Origin: Sphagnum compactum
Lineage: Eukaryota
Direction: 5' to 3'
Length of the DNA stretch: 64,000 bases
Assembly: GCA_965153455.1 (NCBI GenBank)
Contig: OZ234493.1
Coordinates: 19,892,213-19,956,212 of the forward strand
Under the pieces are notes generated by a model. It was not told where the DNA came from and made no database searches. It saw only the letters and a list, made by a program, of their open reading frames with translations. Shown here in pieces: positions 1 through 11,439 of this stretch (positions are counted from its first letter, which is position 1; the number at the start of each line of letters is the position of its first letter). Made by a program: the position numbers and the translations under genes.

Positions 1-318
1 TCTACGAATGGGTATTGATCAAGGAGGAGGTGCAGTTGCAGAGTGGCTAGCAGTTTTGCTCCATGAAGAAGCTTGGAGAACTAGTAGTAGGGCGTGGATT
101 TAGCCGGATTCACCAAGTTGGGTTGTGCTTTTAGGTTCTGTTGCAATTGCAGTTGTGGCATCAGAAGGAGGACAATAATTGTCGAGGTGGAGAACAGTGG
201 GTTTTTGGAGATTGATGAAGTCGTTGTGGAGGAGGTGCTCACACCAGTCGCCTCTTCTGTGTGTTTAATAAGTGGAGGTGGCTCTGAGTTATGGTAAAAA
301 AATAGGGTCAGCAGCGGA

Positions 319-2991
319 ATGCCAATGGACTTGACAAGAGATGAAGCTGGAGGAGCTGCTTCTGCTGCTGCTGCTGCTGATGCAGGAAGATCTGGAGCAG
401 CATCTGCTGTAGCAGCAGCAGCAGGGGATGAAGTCTCCCAGCACCACAACAACAACAACAGAAAAGAAGAAGAAGCAGAAGACGAAGAAGAAAAAGGCAT
501 GCCAGGTGCAAAGGCAAGCTGGTCATTTGTGAGCATACCTGCTGCATCATCAGTTCACCCTATTGAGGAGATTGATGATAATGATCTTCCTTCCTTTCAT
601 ATCAACAGGCTACGCCGGCTTCCTTTTCGAGCAGCAGCAGCAGCAAATAAGAATGGCAACTTATCAAAGCCAAATGGTAAAGACCTTGGGGTTACAGAAC
701 TGCAAAGAAGCTCAGGCAGTGCTGTTGAACAAGGAGTTGCAATCAATCATACAACAGCTCCAGAAGAATTAGGAGTTGATGAACAGCAGAGGTTGCAAGA
801 AGTAGTAGAAACTCAGGGCACCACCACAGTCTTGGCAACAGGTTCGGAACTTTCAGATGGTAAATTGGAAGCAATCATGAGTGTACAACCACAAGAGCAG
901 GAAACACATTTCGAGGAGGAACCTAATGATAATCTCAATCCAACAAGAGGTTCTGATGCATCTGCTCCAGGAAATTTACATGTTCTGTTGTTGTCAGAGG
1001 CAACAGATGAGAACTCACTGATAACACCGCTACAGACTGATGGCAATTGGCCACAGGCTGACATTCTGAATCAAGAGAATGTGCAGGCAAACCTTGAGAA
1101 GGATGGAGCAGTACGCCTAATGGAACCTGCCATCATCCAAGAAGACAATCTCAGGTCTGAATATCTGGTTTTAATAGTTACGCACAATGTACTATGGAAT
1201 GGTCAAGAAACTGCCCATTATGTTGGGTAAGGGACAAGTGAGTCTGTTAGGGTGAGCTAGGCACCACACTCAAGATTATGGGCTAAGGGCTTGCTGGTGC
1301 CTTACCCAACATAATGTGCAATGACAAGACCATTTCATGGCATTAAGGTCTGGGTTTGGCAGATTCAATGATTTTTTATAAATTCATTTTCAACATGCGA
1401 CAAATTTTGGTCACTATTATGAGTTTATCATCATCATTGGAAGATTAGGTCAGTATAATGTGGTCAAGAAAATGACATAATCTGCCACCCCAGACCCTTA
1501 ACGTTGCAGTAACCAGAGGTTGTTTAGTTCACAAGAATGCATGTGAAGAAGAATGAGATGTTGCAGCTCTCAATATGCTTATCAGTATAGCCTCTTGATT
1601 TCTTTCCTTGAGCCACTATGGAGGAATCGGTCAGCACTCTTAGTAGAAGCTTCTTGTATTTGATGGGCCTGCATTGCTCCAATGTACAAGGGAAGTGCTC
1701 CGCCAAGTAGAAGGTTTTAGGTGCTTGAGGTTGTTAGGGAATGAGGAAGTTGTAGATTTCTTATTTGATTGACTCAGTGTAACTATCTCCTGGAGATGAG
1801 GGAGTTGGGTGTTTGAAGAAGTGGGTTTAGATTGCCAGACTTGAAAGCTGTGGCCTAGCCAATTAAGTCTATGGCCATGTAGAGTACACTATCATCTTTT
1901 CATGTTGTTGATGAAAATTTGGAACTTGCGTGATTGTTTACAGGTTCCTTGAAAGAGCAGATGAAAGTGAAGGGGAATTGTCACTAGGGGAACTGCCCAT
2001 CACCTTTGATGGATTCCATGCGCTACCTGCAGAAGTTCCAAGCACTGCCACCAAGGAGGCCCCAGAGATGCCAGCAGCAGAAGCTCTCAATCTTGAGCTG
2101 TCTGAGATGCCAAGGGCAGCGACTGTGATATTTGCAAACTCACAAAAGGAGGCAGATATGTCAGCCACTTCAAGAGAGTCTGCTGAAGGTGAAACAGCAG
2201 TAGCGACAGAGATACCTGCAACTGCTACATCATCAGCTAAGGTTGAAACAGATAATGTATTTCTTCCATATCCACAAGAGCTGGAGCAACAACTGCCTAA
2301 TGATCATGATAAGTTGGCTATTGATGATGGAAAACAGGGAGAGTCAGTGGACAACAATGAATTTCCAAGTGGCCATTATTATACTAATACTGTGCACCAC
2401 AGTGGAGATGCACTTAACACAGTGGATCCATTGGACAGCTCAGACAGGTTAAGTCAAGGGCATGATTCTCCGGGTAGTCAGGCTAAGACAAATACTGGAA
2501 GTGATGGAGACTCATCGAGGTTGCATGAGAAATCAGTCTCAGATGTGGACACATATGCTGATCTGGTGCCAATTCCATTCTCAGGACCAATTGGGTATTC
2601 AGGTCCAATACCTGCAGCCTATTCTGGGTCTAGCTCGCACCCTGGAGCACCCAATCATTCAGGCCAGGTTCCTTTTTCGGGCAGCATTTCTTACCGATCT
2701 GATAGTAGTGCAGCAAGCAATCGTTCTTTTGCATTTCCCATGTAAGCAAGCAAATTGGTCTGCCCCTTTCAGAGACTCCTGGGTTCTTTGTTTTTATCTT
2801 CCTGCCATTCAATGGATGTTTGACTGGGTGGTTCTGATAGCAGGTTTTGTTTGGGTTTTTGCAGATTTGCAACTGAATGGAACAGCAGTCCTGTAAGAAT
2901 GGCACAACCTGATCGGCGATATTTACGGCATAAGCGACGATGGAGACCTTCATGCATGTGCTGTTCAAGACCGTCACCTACTTACAATTAG
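319..2991 (+). CDS. BASL-family (BASL C-terminal motif / 'gar2-related' plant family) disordered protein, ~586 aa; exons 319-1154, 1944-2741, 2865-2991
   Basis: ORFs 319..1230 and 1930..2745 join in phase 2 via CAG|GTCTGA (1155) and TTTACAG|G (1943). The second intron AT|GTAAGC (2742) to TTTTTGCAG (2864) gives ...SGSISYRSDSSAASNRSFAFPIFATEWNSSPVRMAQPDRRYLRHKRRWRPSCMCCSRPSPTYN*. The spliced length of 1761 nt is in frame. The SGSIS-RSDSS-SFAFP-EWNSSPVRM motif is recognised from the plant BASL-like family. Confidence 0.8.
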
Positions 2992-3700
2992 GATTTTATG
3001 TTCCACAAACACAAACCTTACCCTGTTGGTACAGCAAATTTGTCCAGGTAATGGATTTTCAAATGATGCAATCCTAGGTTTCTTCAGAAAAATGGCAAGC
3101 CCCTGAAACGCAAGGTGAAAAAGCTGCCACTTTGTTGGCATTCCTGTACATTCTTTTGCATCCCTGCTTGATTGAAGGAAAGTACAACCTTCATCTTGAT
3201 ACCTGACCTGGCAGGGATTGTGTAACTGTGCATTGTCAAGGATCTAGTGTTTATGCTCAAGGCATGGGGTTTCTAGCAAAATCAATAGTCAGGAATGGTA
3301 ATGCTTCAAGAGAGTGAGGGATCTCTAGTGAATCGATATTGCTCAAAAGGGGGCTTTATAGTGAATCAAAAATGTAAATGAGCCTTTGAATCTGTATTCA
3401 TTGTGTTTCTCTGTGCAATAATATTTTCACTATGGATCAGCGAGTGTGGTTGGTTCATCTACAAAATCCAGATTGTTGCCTTGCCCTAGTCATCTTGCCA
3501 TAAGTCATCAACAACTCATTCAGTCCATTACCTTGGATCTCTGAAACCCACAGCATCCACGAGTTGTCCTCAGCTTCTGGAGGCTTAATAGTGAATCAAC
3601 AATGCAAGCACCTGAGGAAAAATATGCTCTTGGTAAGATTGATAAACTACCATGATGATGATTAGGTCATCCAGGTAGGTTATTAGATTTTCAAACTTTC

Positions 3701-3856
3701 GCACCAGGTGGTTATCAAAAAACCGAGAACTGGCTGGTAGGTTATCAACAACCGGCTTGATAACCAAGACTAGTTAATGCACCAGGTGGTTATCAAAAAA
3801 CCAAGAACTGGCTGGTAGGTTATCAACAACCGGCTTGATAACCAAGACTAGTTAAT
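3701..3856. repeat. Near-perfect tandem duplication, 2 x 78 bp
   Basis: gcaccaggtggttatcaaaaaacc(g/a)agaactggctggtaggttatcaacaaccggcttgataaccaagactagttaat at 3701 and 3779. Confidence 0.95.
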
Positions 3857-5428
3857 ACATAGCTAACCAATGTGGCTAGCTGCAGAACATGAATACAATG
3901 AAAACAATAATAGGTAATGGATGTGGTTACTATTTACATAGGTGAGGATGTGAGGTAACTTGATGGCTATTTGGTAAGTAAATACATTTGGATAGTTAGT
4001 ACATGGCTAACCACTGTGGCTACCTACAGGACATGAATGCAATGAAGTAGTGTTTCATGTCCACATACCATCCATCCTGCATGGTGTGCTGGTGGGTGGT
4101 GGTTCACTCTGGCCGAATGGTAGTTGAGCCTTTGTAGAGGGTTAGGCAAACATGTTCTCACCATTACAATTGGTTAGAAAGTGACCAGCCACTCAGTCAC
4201 TTTTTGCTGATGGTGTTGAACTTCAATTTTTGGTAAGGTAGATGTGTTGGTTGAACTAGGTACAAGTTCATTAAGTAAAATGTGCTCATTCCAGTGATCA
4301 CAATTTTCAGTGTTCTACACATGCCCATTTGTTTATTCTCCATAAACAATGCATAAGAAGAAACCAGCACCATAATACAGGTTGTTACCACCAGGAACAT
4401 TGCACTGGAATGAAATTTCAAAATTGCAATAATTCAAGCAAACATCAGGAGTGAAACGGGATTATACATCTACAAAAAAACCTGACCTAATTTCTCTTTT
4501 GTATTCGCAGGTAACTTACAAAGAATAATATAACCCCCCATGTAACCCTCAGTGCCATGCCAGACCTTGGGCTCCACGCTTGCATTCACATAGTGTAAGG
4601 TCATTACCCTACACTGACCTCGGAGAGTGCAAAGAGCAAAGACCACAATGAGAACACTTCCCCCAGCAAACCCGAATCCAATATCATCCATGGAGACTAA
4701 TGTATTATGGTGCTGGTTTCAACCTATTTGGCTATAATAGCAATGTGATTTTTCCCACACAAAAAGGAAAGGGACCACCAAATACAACATTATTTGCAAA
4801 CTTGTACCTTCATATTCCACAAGATTCACTGTGCATCTGTATATGGAAATGGTTTACTTACCCATTTCTTCTTCTTGGATGATTGTGTTGCTCAACTCAA
4901 TGAATTGCACTTGTGTCCGCATAATGTTTGCCAACTTAGTGCAGATCTGTTGCTGCAGAGTTTCTGCAGACGTGAAAAATATAATTCTATAGCAAAGATG
5001 ACCTCCGTAGGGCAATTCACCCTTCTAGTGTACATTACATATGACAGTGCCAGTGATGTTCACTAGCACAACCAGAACTAGCCACCTTTGAGGCAAGCTC
5101 ATGTAAATAAAACCAAGCCAAAGAAAAATCCCTACCTGCCAAAGATCCGTAACCTTTTTGGAGTTTCAGATGGCAGCTCAGGCCTTTTCAGGTATATGCT
5201 TGAAACTCAGAGACACTTGCCAGCAGTAGACAAGAGGGACATGGTAGATCCAGCCACTCTCTTGTATCACGAGTGCTCTCTCCCCTGTATTGCCATCTTC
5301 TCTGGAGACTAATGTCTGCCTTATATCCACAATGATCACAGGGATGAAATGGCCCACCTTTTTTTTTCCAATGTTTTGGGATGTATGGAGGAGTAAATTG
5401 CTCTCGTTGCTTATTGCACTAGAGTGGC

Positions 5429-8358
5429 CTAGTTCAAGAATTCCTGTTGGAGCATCTCAAAGAGGAAGTAGTTCCATGTGTCAATAGGCCCTGGCATACA
5501 CCAGTGCAAACAATCTTGAGGGGGAGGCTCACCATTTGGGCCTCGTGCAACAATTTTGTTGGGGTCATTGTTCCTGTAGGGACCAGGATGTCCATCAGCT
5601 CTGTACTCAAACACCCGTGTTATGTCCAACAATCTCAGCTTGGAAGGATTCCTTCCGGGCATCCTTTCAGCTTCCCTGTATGCTGTCATCTGATGCTCAT
5701 ACATTATGTTTGTGTAATTATTTTGAGGTAGCTGTTCTGTAGTTAATGGCTGAGTCTTGCCGGTGCATGATCCACCAGTGTTCCATGCTCCTCCCTCATA
5801 GTGGTCCGGGGAGTATGTCCTCAAAATAGTTATTCCCCTATACCATGAATGCAGCAGATTGTCAGAATTAGATACTTGTCAAGCAACCTTATTAACCAGA
5901 GTCCTACCAGTTGAGGCTGTTCATTCCAATTATACTCCAATACAGACCTAAACAGGGCAACAACTCCAGTTCACACCATGAAGTCAGATCCATGATGGGT
6001 CTTCCTTCTACACAAGAACTGCCACTTCATAACATGAAATCATTCAAAATATCAACCCTCTTCAAAGCTTTCAAGGCTATCTCCTACACGGGATCTGCTT
6101 CAGAATGGGAATGCTGAATCTGATGTTCAAATCTCAGGTGTAAAGAAAAAACAAGGGTTCCAGCACACAAATGGAGAGTGCTCTCCACTTTTCCGAGAAA
6201 TGCAACACATTCTTTACTAGACTTGTTGTCTCTACCAACATAGGCAATTCAGGTTCCACACAGGAATCACAAAAATGAACCATGTTTGAGACATGAGAGA
6301 TTGAACTTACTTGTAGTTAGGGTGAGTAACAATAGCCTTCATTGCAGTCTTCATAGCAACAGCATAGCCAGAAATAGCGTCATACTGTTTCTCATGAGCA
6401 TTGTCCCACCAGCCTTGTCCACCAACCACGCTTCCATTCAGAATATAGGCAGTTGTCTTTGGCCACCAGTGGCCAGAAGAAACAACCATAACATCAAAAG
6501 TCAGCATATACTCAATGATGTTCTGATCAATGTCTTCAAGATGCAGCTTTGTCAGATTCTCAGGAGCAAAGTCAATGGCTTCATGAGAGACATTGACCAG
6601 CCATGATGACCAGACTCGTATCACCGTGAACGAATAATCCCTGAATATCCATCTCTGCATTTTTCGGCTTCCCTTGGATTCTGGTGTGTAAACCTGTTAT
6701 CAGGAAGTAAAAAAACATCCATGGATTGTCAGTCTATTGTGAACATACCCAACAAGGAAACAAAATGAGATTCATATCTATTCTCCTGTCTCCTTTCAAC
6801 CACAATGGGATCATGCCATTGCTGTACTCAAATACACAGGTTCTATAAGATGCAGTACCAACCAAATCATCAGAACCTCCTTCCAAGAACTCAAATAAAA
6901 GCAAATTGCTTATGATTACCCAGATTCAACTGGGTATTCATTGCCTACTTCTCTTCTACCAGAGATCATCTCCATAGAGTAGATCTTGCTTTTGAACAGA
7001 AAGCAATTCTCTGAGCTCTACACTTTAGGAATATCCATGGGCCACACCACATTGAATAATTAGGTTAAGAGATCAATTGATCTCTTGACTCTGGGCATCA
7101 TGTACATTTCAGAAGTAGCATGATGCATGCCATCTTTACTACCAGCTTGAATTCATGGGAGGAGGTGCACAAGAATCAATCCATGATCACTGAATGCAAC
7201 TAAGTGCAAAATAATTAATCCATGATCACTGAACACAGTGTATTGCAAAAGAGACCGAGTCCCCTAATCTCAACAAAGATGAAAGCATAGATGCTAGACA
7301 AACCTTGGAGTCCAAGTTTATGAAGATGAAGAAGAAGAATACCTAAGCATTCCTGATATAATAGGCAGGTGATGAAGAAGATTACTGTGGAAAAACCAGG
7401 TTACAAGAAAGTTCACCTGCCACAACATGCACAGCAGAGACTCATACTGGTTTCGTGCTACAGAGTCTCCAACGAAGGCAAGGGTCTTCCCCCTCATCAT
7501 CTCCAAGAAGGCTTTGGCATCAAAGGCTGGCAGATCACATCCTTGAGGCTGCCATCTCCAGTTGAGATAGTTGCTATCCGGCCTCCCATTCCCGGGACAA
7601 TTTTGCGTCTGCGTGACGATAGGACAATTCTCGTTTGTGTACAGTGGCGGAGAATTATCCTCGACCCACGCTCCTGTGAACAAATCGCACGTTCCCTCTG
7701 CACACAGCAAGCAAGCAAGCAAAGAACTCACATCTTAGTAGAAGAAGAAGGTCACTTCCCCGATTTCAAACCGCTCAAGGCAGATGCATCAGGAACCGCA
7801 TTATCCCTAATAGAAGTTTATTCTTGGACATGGCGTAGAGAAGAAGAAACGAGAGGGAAGACCTGGAAGAGAACCTTCATGTTTGTCCGATTCGAGTGCT
7901 GGTTCCACGACCTCTGCTGCCAAGTCTAATGGTCCCTGGGTCTCATGGGATCCTTGTCGACGTTGTTGGATTTGCACCGAGTCTCCTTGTTTTCCGAACT
8001 GCAAATCCGCTTCTCGCGGTTGAAGCTTAAAATCTCCTTCTTCTTCTATTTCTGCTTCTTCTGCTTCTTGCTGCTGGAACTCCTGCAATCCGCCGTCTCG
8101 GACTGCAGGCTTGAACATCGAACCCTTGTGCCTGATGTAATACATCTGCCACAACGGATCTCCAACTGCGACTGCGCTCCTAGCAGAACCGACGAGGGGA
8201 GCCGTGAAGAAACCGAGAGTAAAAGCAAGTATAGCCGCAACAAGACACAAACAAGGTAAACGCCACAAGAGTTTCTTGCCACCTGCACAATATCCCAGCA
8301 GCAGCTGCTGTTGCTGATGCTGCTGCGACTTGACACCAAACATCCTGCTATCATGCAT
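5429..8358 (-). CDS. TBL: Trichome birefringence-like (PMR5N + PC-esterase) polysaccharide O-acetyltransferase, YLS7/TBL17/TBL18-like, ~522 aa; exons 8358-7863 (donor could be 7875), 7697-7417, 6693-6311, 5837-5429
   Basis: N-terminal TM helix (LCLVAAILAFTLGFF), CDLFTGAWV..LYTNENCP..NCPGNGRPDSNYLNWRWQP, the GDS motif (FVGDSVARNQ), SSGHWW, RTYSPDHYEGGAWNTGGSC, RADGHPGPY and the DxxH motif (QDCLHWCMPGPIDTWN). GT-AG junctions are phase-compatible and total 1569 nt. Confidence 0.93.
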
Positions 8359-8388
8359 ATTACAGCAAGTCTCTCTCAGGCTCTTCAC

Positions 8389-8393
<5 letters not shown>

Positions 8394-8440
<47 letters not shown>
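8394..8440. repeat. (CT)n/(GA)n microsatellite just upstream of the TBL start codon
   Basis: About 23 CT units read directly. Confidence 0.97.
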
Positions 8441-8442
<2 letters not shown>

Positions 8443-10277
8443 CAAATTCCACTCTCTCTTGAACCTCTCTTCTCTCAATCACTCACACACTCAAATCCTG
8501 TGTCATCAAATCTCTGCTCTACTGCAATCCTTCTTCAGAATGCGACAGTCCTCTTTCAAGCTTAGCGAAAAAACATTGCAACAACACATACTTGGCAACA
8601 TCAGAATGGCAAAAGCTTCGAATGTAAGCAAGAAGGAAGAAAGAATAAATAAATAAATACTACTACTACCACCACCACCACCACCACCACTACTACCACA
8701 ACGATCAAAATAAATAACTAAAATCAATCATCAAATGGATTTTGTTTTTTTTGGATTCTCCCAGAATCAAAATGAAGAATGACGGACTGAATAGGAGCGA
8801 GTAGCAGCTTGAGAAAACACAGAGCTGATTTGTTTGTACGAGTGTGTTGTGTTCTGTGTGTAAAGTACACACCAGGTGTTCTTTCCTTCGTGCGTAACGG
8901 TGCAAGGTTTGCAGCGGAGCGCGCCGAAGTGTGACAAAACGGCAGACCAGAACAGGCAGCCAGGCACGCAAGCACGCAGAAGTTGAGAAAAGGTGGCCAA
9001 TGGCGGCCCATTGTTTGCCAACCAAGTTTAATTTTTTAAACTATTTATTATTATTTATTATTCTTATTGTTATGGAAATTGAATTTATTATATGGGAAAT
9101 TTAAAAGCAGAATCTACCTATTTCAAATTTGAAATTCACAAAACTAAGATGTATAATAATATATAATGAGAAATTTGAAATATAATTCGGACATATATAT
9201 TTGAATTATAATCGGAATCTGTAATAATAGTTCAGTGGTTTTACTTTTATTGCGAATTTTTTTGGAATTTCTTGTTTCCTTATTGTAAATTCAATAATTT
9301 TTAAAAAATAATTGGGAAAAAAGGTCGGCAATTTTCTTATATCACAAAACTGGGAAAGAAGAAGAAGAAGGAAAAAAAAAAAAAAACTCCATTAACATTG
9401 CGTTCATAATTTAGATCATAATATTATGGAAATATTGAATTATAATATGGAGATATATTTTGATTTAAAGGGGAATCTTCTATTGGATTCCAAAATAGAT
9501 ATTATTATCGAAAAAAATAAGTTCTAATTATGGAGATTTTTTGGAATTTAAGTAGAAAATATCTATTCCATTCAAAAATAGGTGAGATAATAATAATATT
9601 ATTATTATGAGAAATTGAATTACAATAAGGAGATATTGAATTTAAAGTGAAATCTTTGAGTATTCAAAAATAGGTGCGTGACTAGGAAAGGGAAGAGTGC
9701 AGACAAGGGGAAAGCCAGTTGGGGTGTGATAGTGCGGTAGGTAGGTAGGTAGGTACGTAACATAATATAGTGGATGAATAAAACACTTTCTAACTCCACT
9801 AAAAAAAGGGGGGGATGTATGTACTTAATTTGTAGATGAATGACGACTTTTCTGTTCACTAGAAAGCAAGAATCTACAAAATTGGTAGATGAATGATTAA
9901 AAAACAATTGAAGGGGGAATCTAGTTTTTTTTTAAATTAAAATAAAATTAAAATAGAGGAGCATATGGCATGTGATTACCGTAGGATTGTGATCTGACAC
10001 CATGTTCTCTAACTTTGCAATCTAATGCCCTTTTTTTATAAATAAAAATCACCAACAACTGCCCCCTCCCGGAGTCGGCTCGGCCTCCTTTGATATCTTT
10101 TCCTCATACAGTTGGTATTTTTGATTGGAAAATCCAAAACCGAGTCAATGGAGTGGGGGGGGGGGGGGGAGGGGAGCCATAGTAGGTGTTGCTTGTCCGG
10201 ATTTGCTATGTGCATGCTCTTGGTATGATTGTTCGGAAGTTGGTGCTGATATTTTTTTTTGTTGGGAAGTGGGTGCC

Positions 10278-10325
10278 GAATAAGGCAAACATGGGTGATG
10301 AATAAGGCAAACATGGGTGATGAAT
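10278..10325. repeat. Tandem repeat, 2 x 22 bp
   Basis: gaataaggcaaacatgggtgat occurs twice, plus a partial unit. Confidence 0.9.
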
Positions 10326-11340
10326 TATGCCCGGTTGTTTGTTTTGTCTACAAATTTGTTGTAAACTACTTAAATCACCAACTTTTTTTTTTTTCCTTCC
10401 TTTGTTATTTGACAACCATTAATGTTATTCGTAAAATACTCACCATACGAGGCTCCGATCTCATCTTCAGTGGAAATAAAGGGTCAGAGGTCAGGTACAC
10501 AATGAACACAGGATGCCATAAAATAACATCGCCATAAAAACTCCGGTGACCATTGAAATTAGTGGTCCCTGGAGATTGATAATGTTATCCTATATTTTTA
10601 TTTTAATTTTTGTGTTTTTGGGTGTGAAGCTGCACATGTAATTGTAATTTTAATTTAATTTATTATTATTATTTTAAAAAATTATGTGTATGTGAGATTT
10701 GGAGTAGATGATGAGGAGTAGCACAAATTATTTGTGTGTGATTGGAAATAATTGATTTGAAGCACATGTTTTTGTTCTTAGTCTTGCAAAGCTAGCCAAA
10801 AGCAAGCCCTTAAATCAAAAGACAATTTGGGTGGACTTGGATGGAAATCATGGATATGTGGGTGAGACTTTCTAGACTTGAAAATACCCACCTACAACAC
10901 TTTTCTTCGGACTTGACTTGAGTTGAAAAGAGCCATCCATTTCCTTTTAACTCTTGTGCTTGTTTTGGAATTTTTTGAACTTTCTCACAGGTGGAAAATG
11001 TGGGTGACTTTCTTCTTCTTGAGTTGAAGAAAAGACCCACTCTCTCGCTTGCTTGCTTGCGTAATTCCTATGCTCAATCTGAGTTTTGGACTTTCTCATG
11101 GGTGAAAAGAATGTCTATGATTGTCTTGAGTTTCAAAATGACCTACCCCACTTCCCTAACTCCCTCCTCTTATTCGGAATTTTGGACATTCTCGCAGGTG
11201 GAAAGTATGTGTTGGAATACCAAAAGGATTCGTACTCTTATCATTCCCCTTCCCTCACAACAAAAATTCCATTAGCACAGAGTAGATTCCATGAATGTGA
11301 GACATGGAATTTTTTTTTCCCCTTGATTTCAAACCTCCTA

Positions 11341-11439
11341 GGATGAGGTTTTGATTTTGAGCCTAGGACCCCTGGATGAGGTTTTGGTTTTGAGTCTAGG
11401 ACCCATGGATGAGGTTTTGATTTTGAGGCAAGGACCCAT
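11341..11439. repeat. Minisatellite, 3 x 33 bp
   Basis: ggatgaggttttg(a/g)ttttgag(cct/tct/gca)aggaccc(c/a)t three times. Confidence 0.93.

Noticed and set aside
81..550. Minus-strand 151-aa and 80-aa ORFs
   Set aside because: Antisense to the GCA/GCT triplet-rich first exon of the BASL-like gene; low complexity.
8359..8478. ERERER N-terminal extension of TBL in the ORF track
   Set aside because: Starts at a non-ATG codon and translates a GA microsatellite; ATG 8358 is the more plausible start.
7369..8656. Long + strand ORFs (186, 104, 108 aa)
   Set aside because: Antisense shadows of TBL exons and the CT microsatellite; no recognisable domains.
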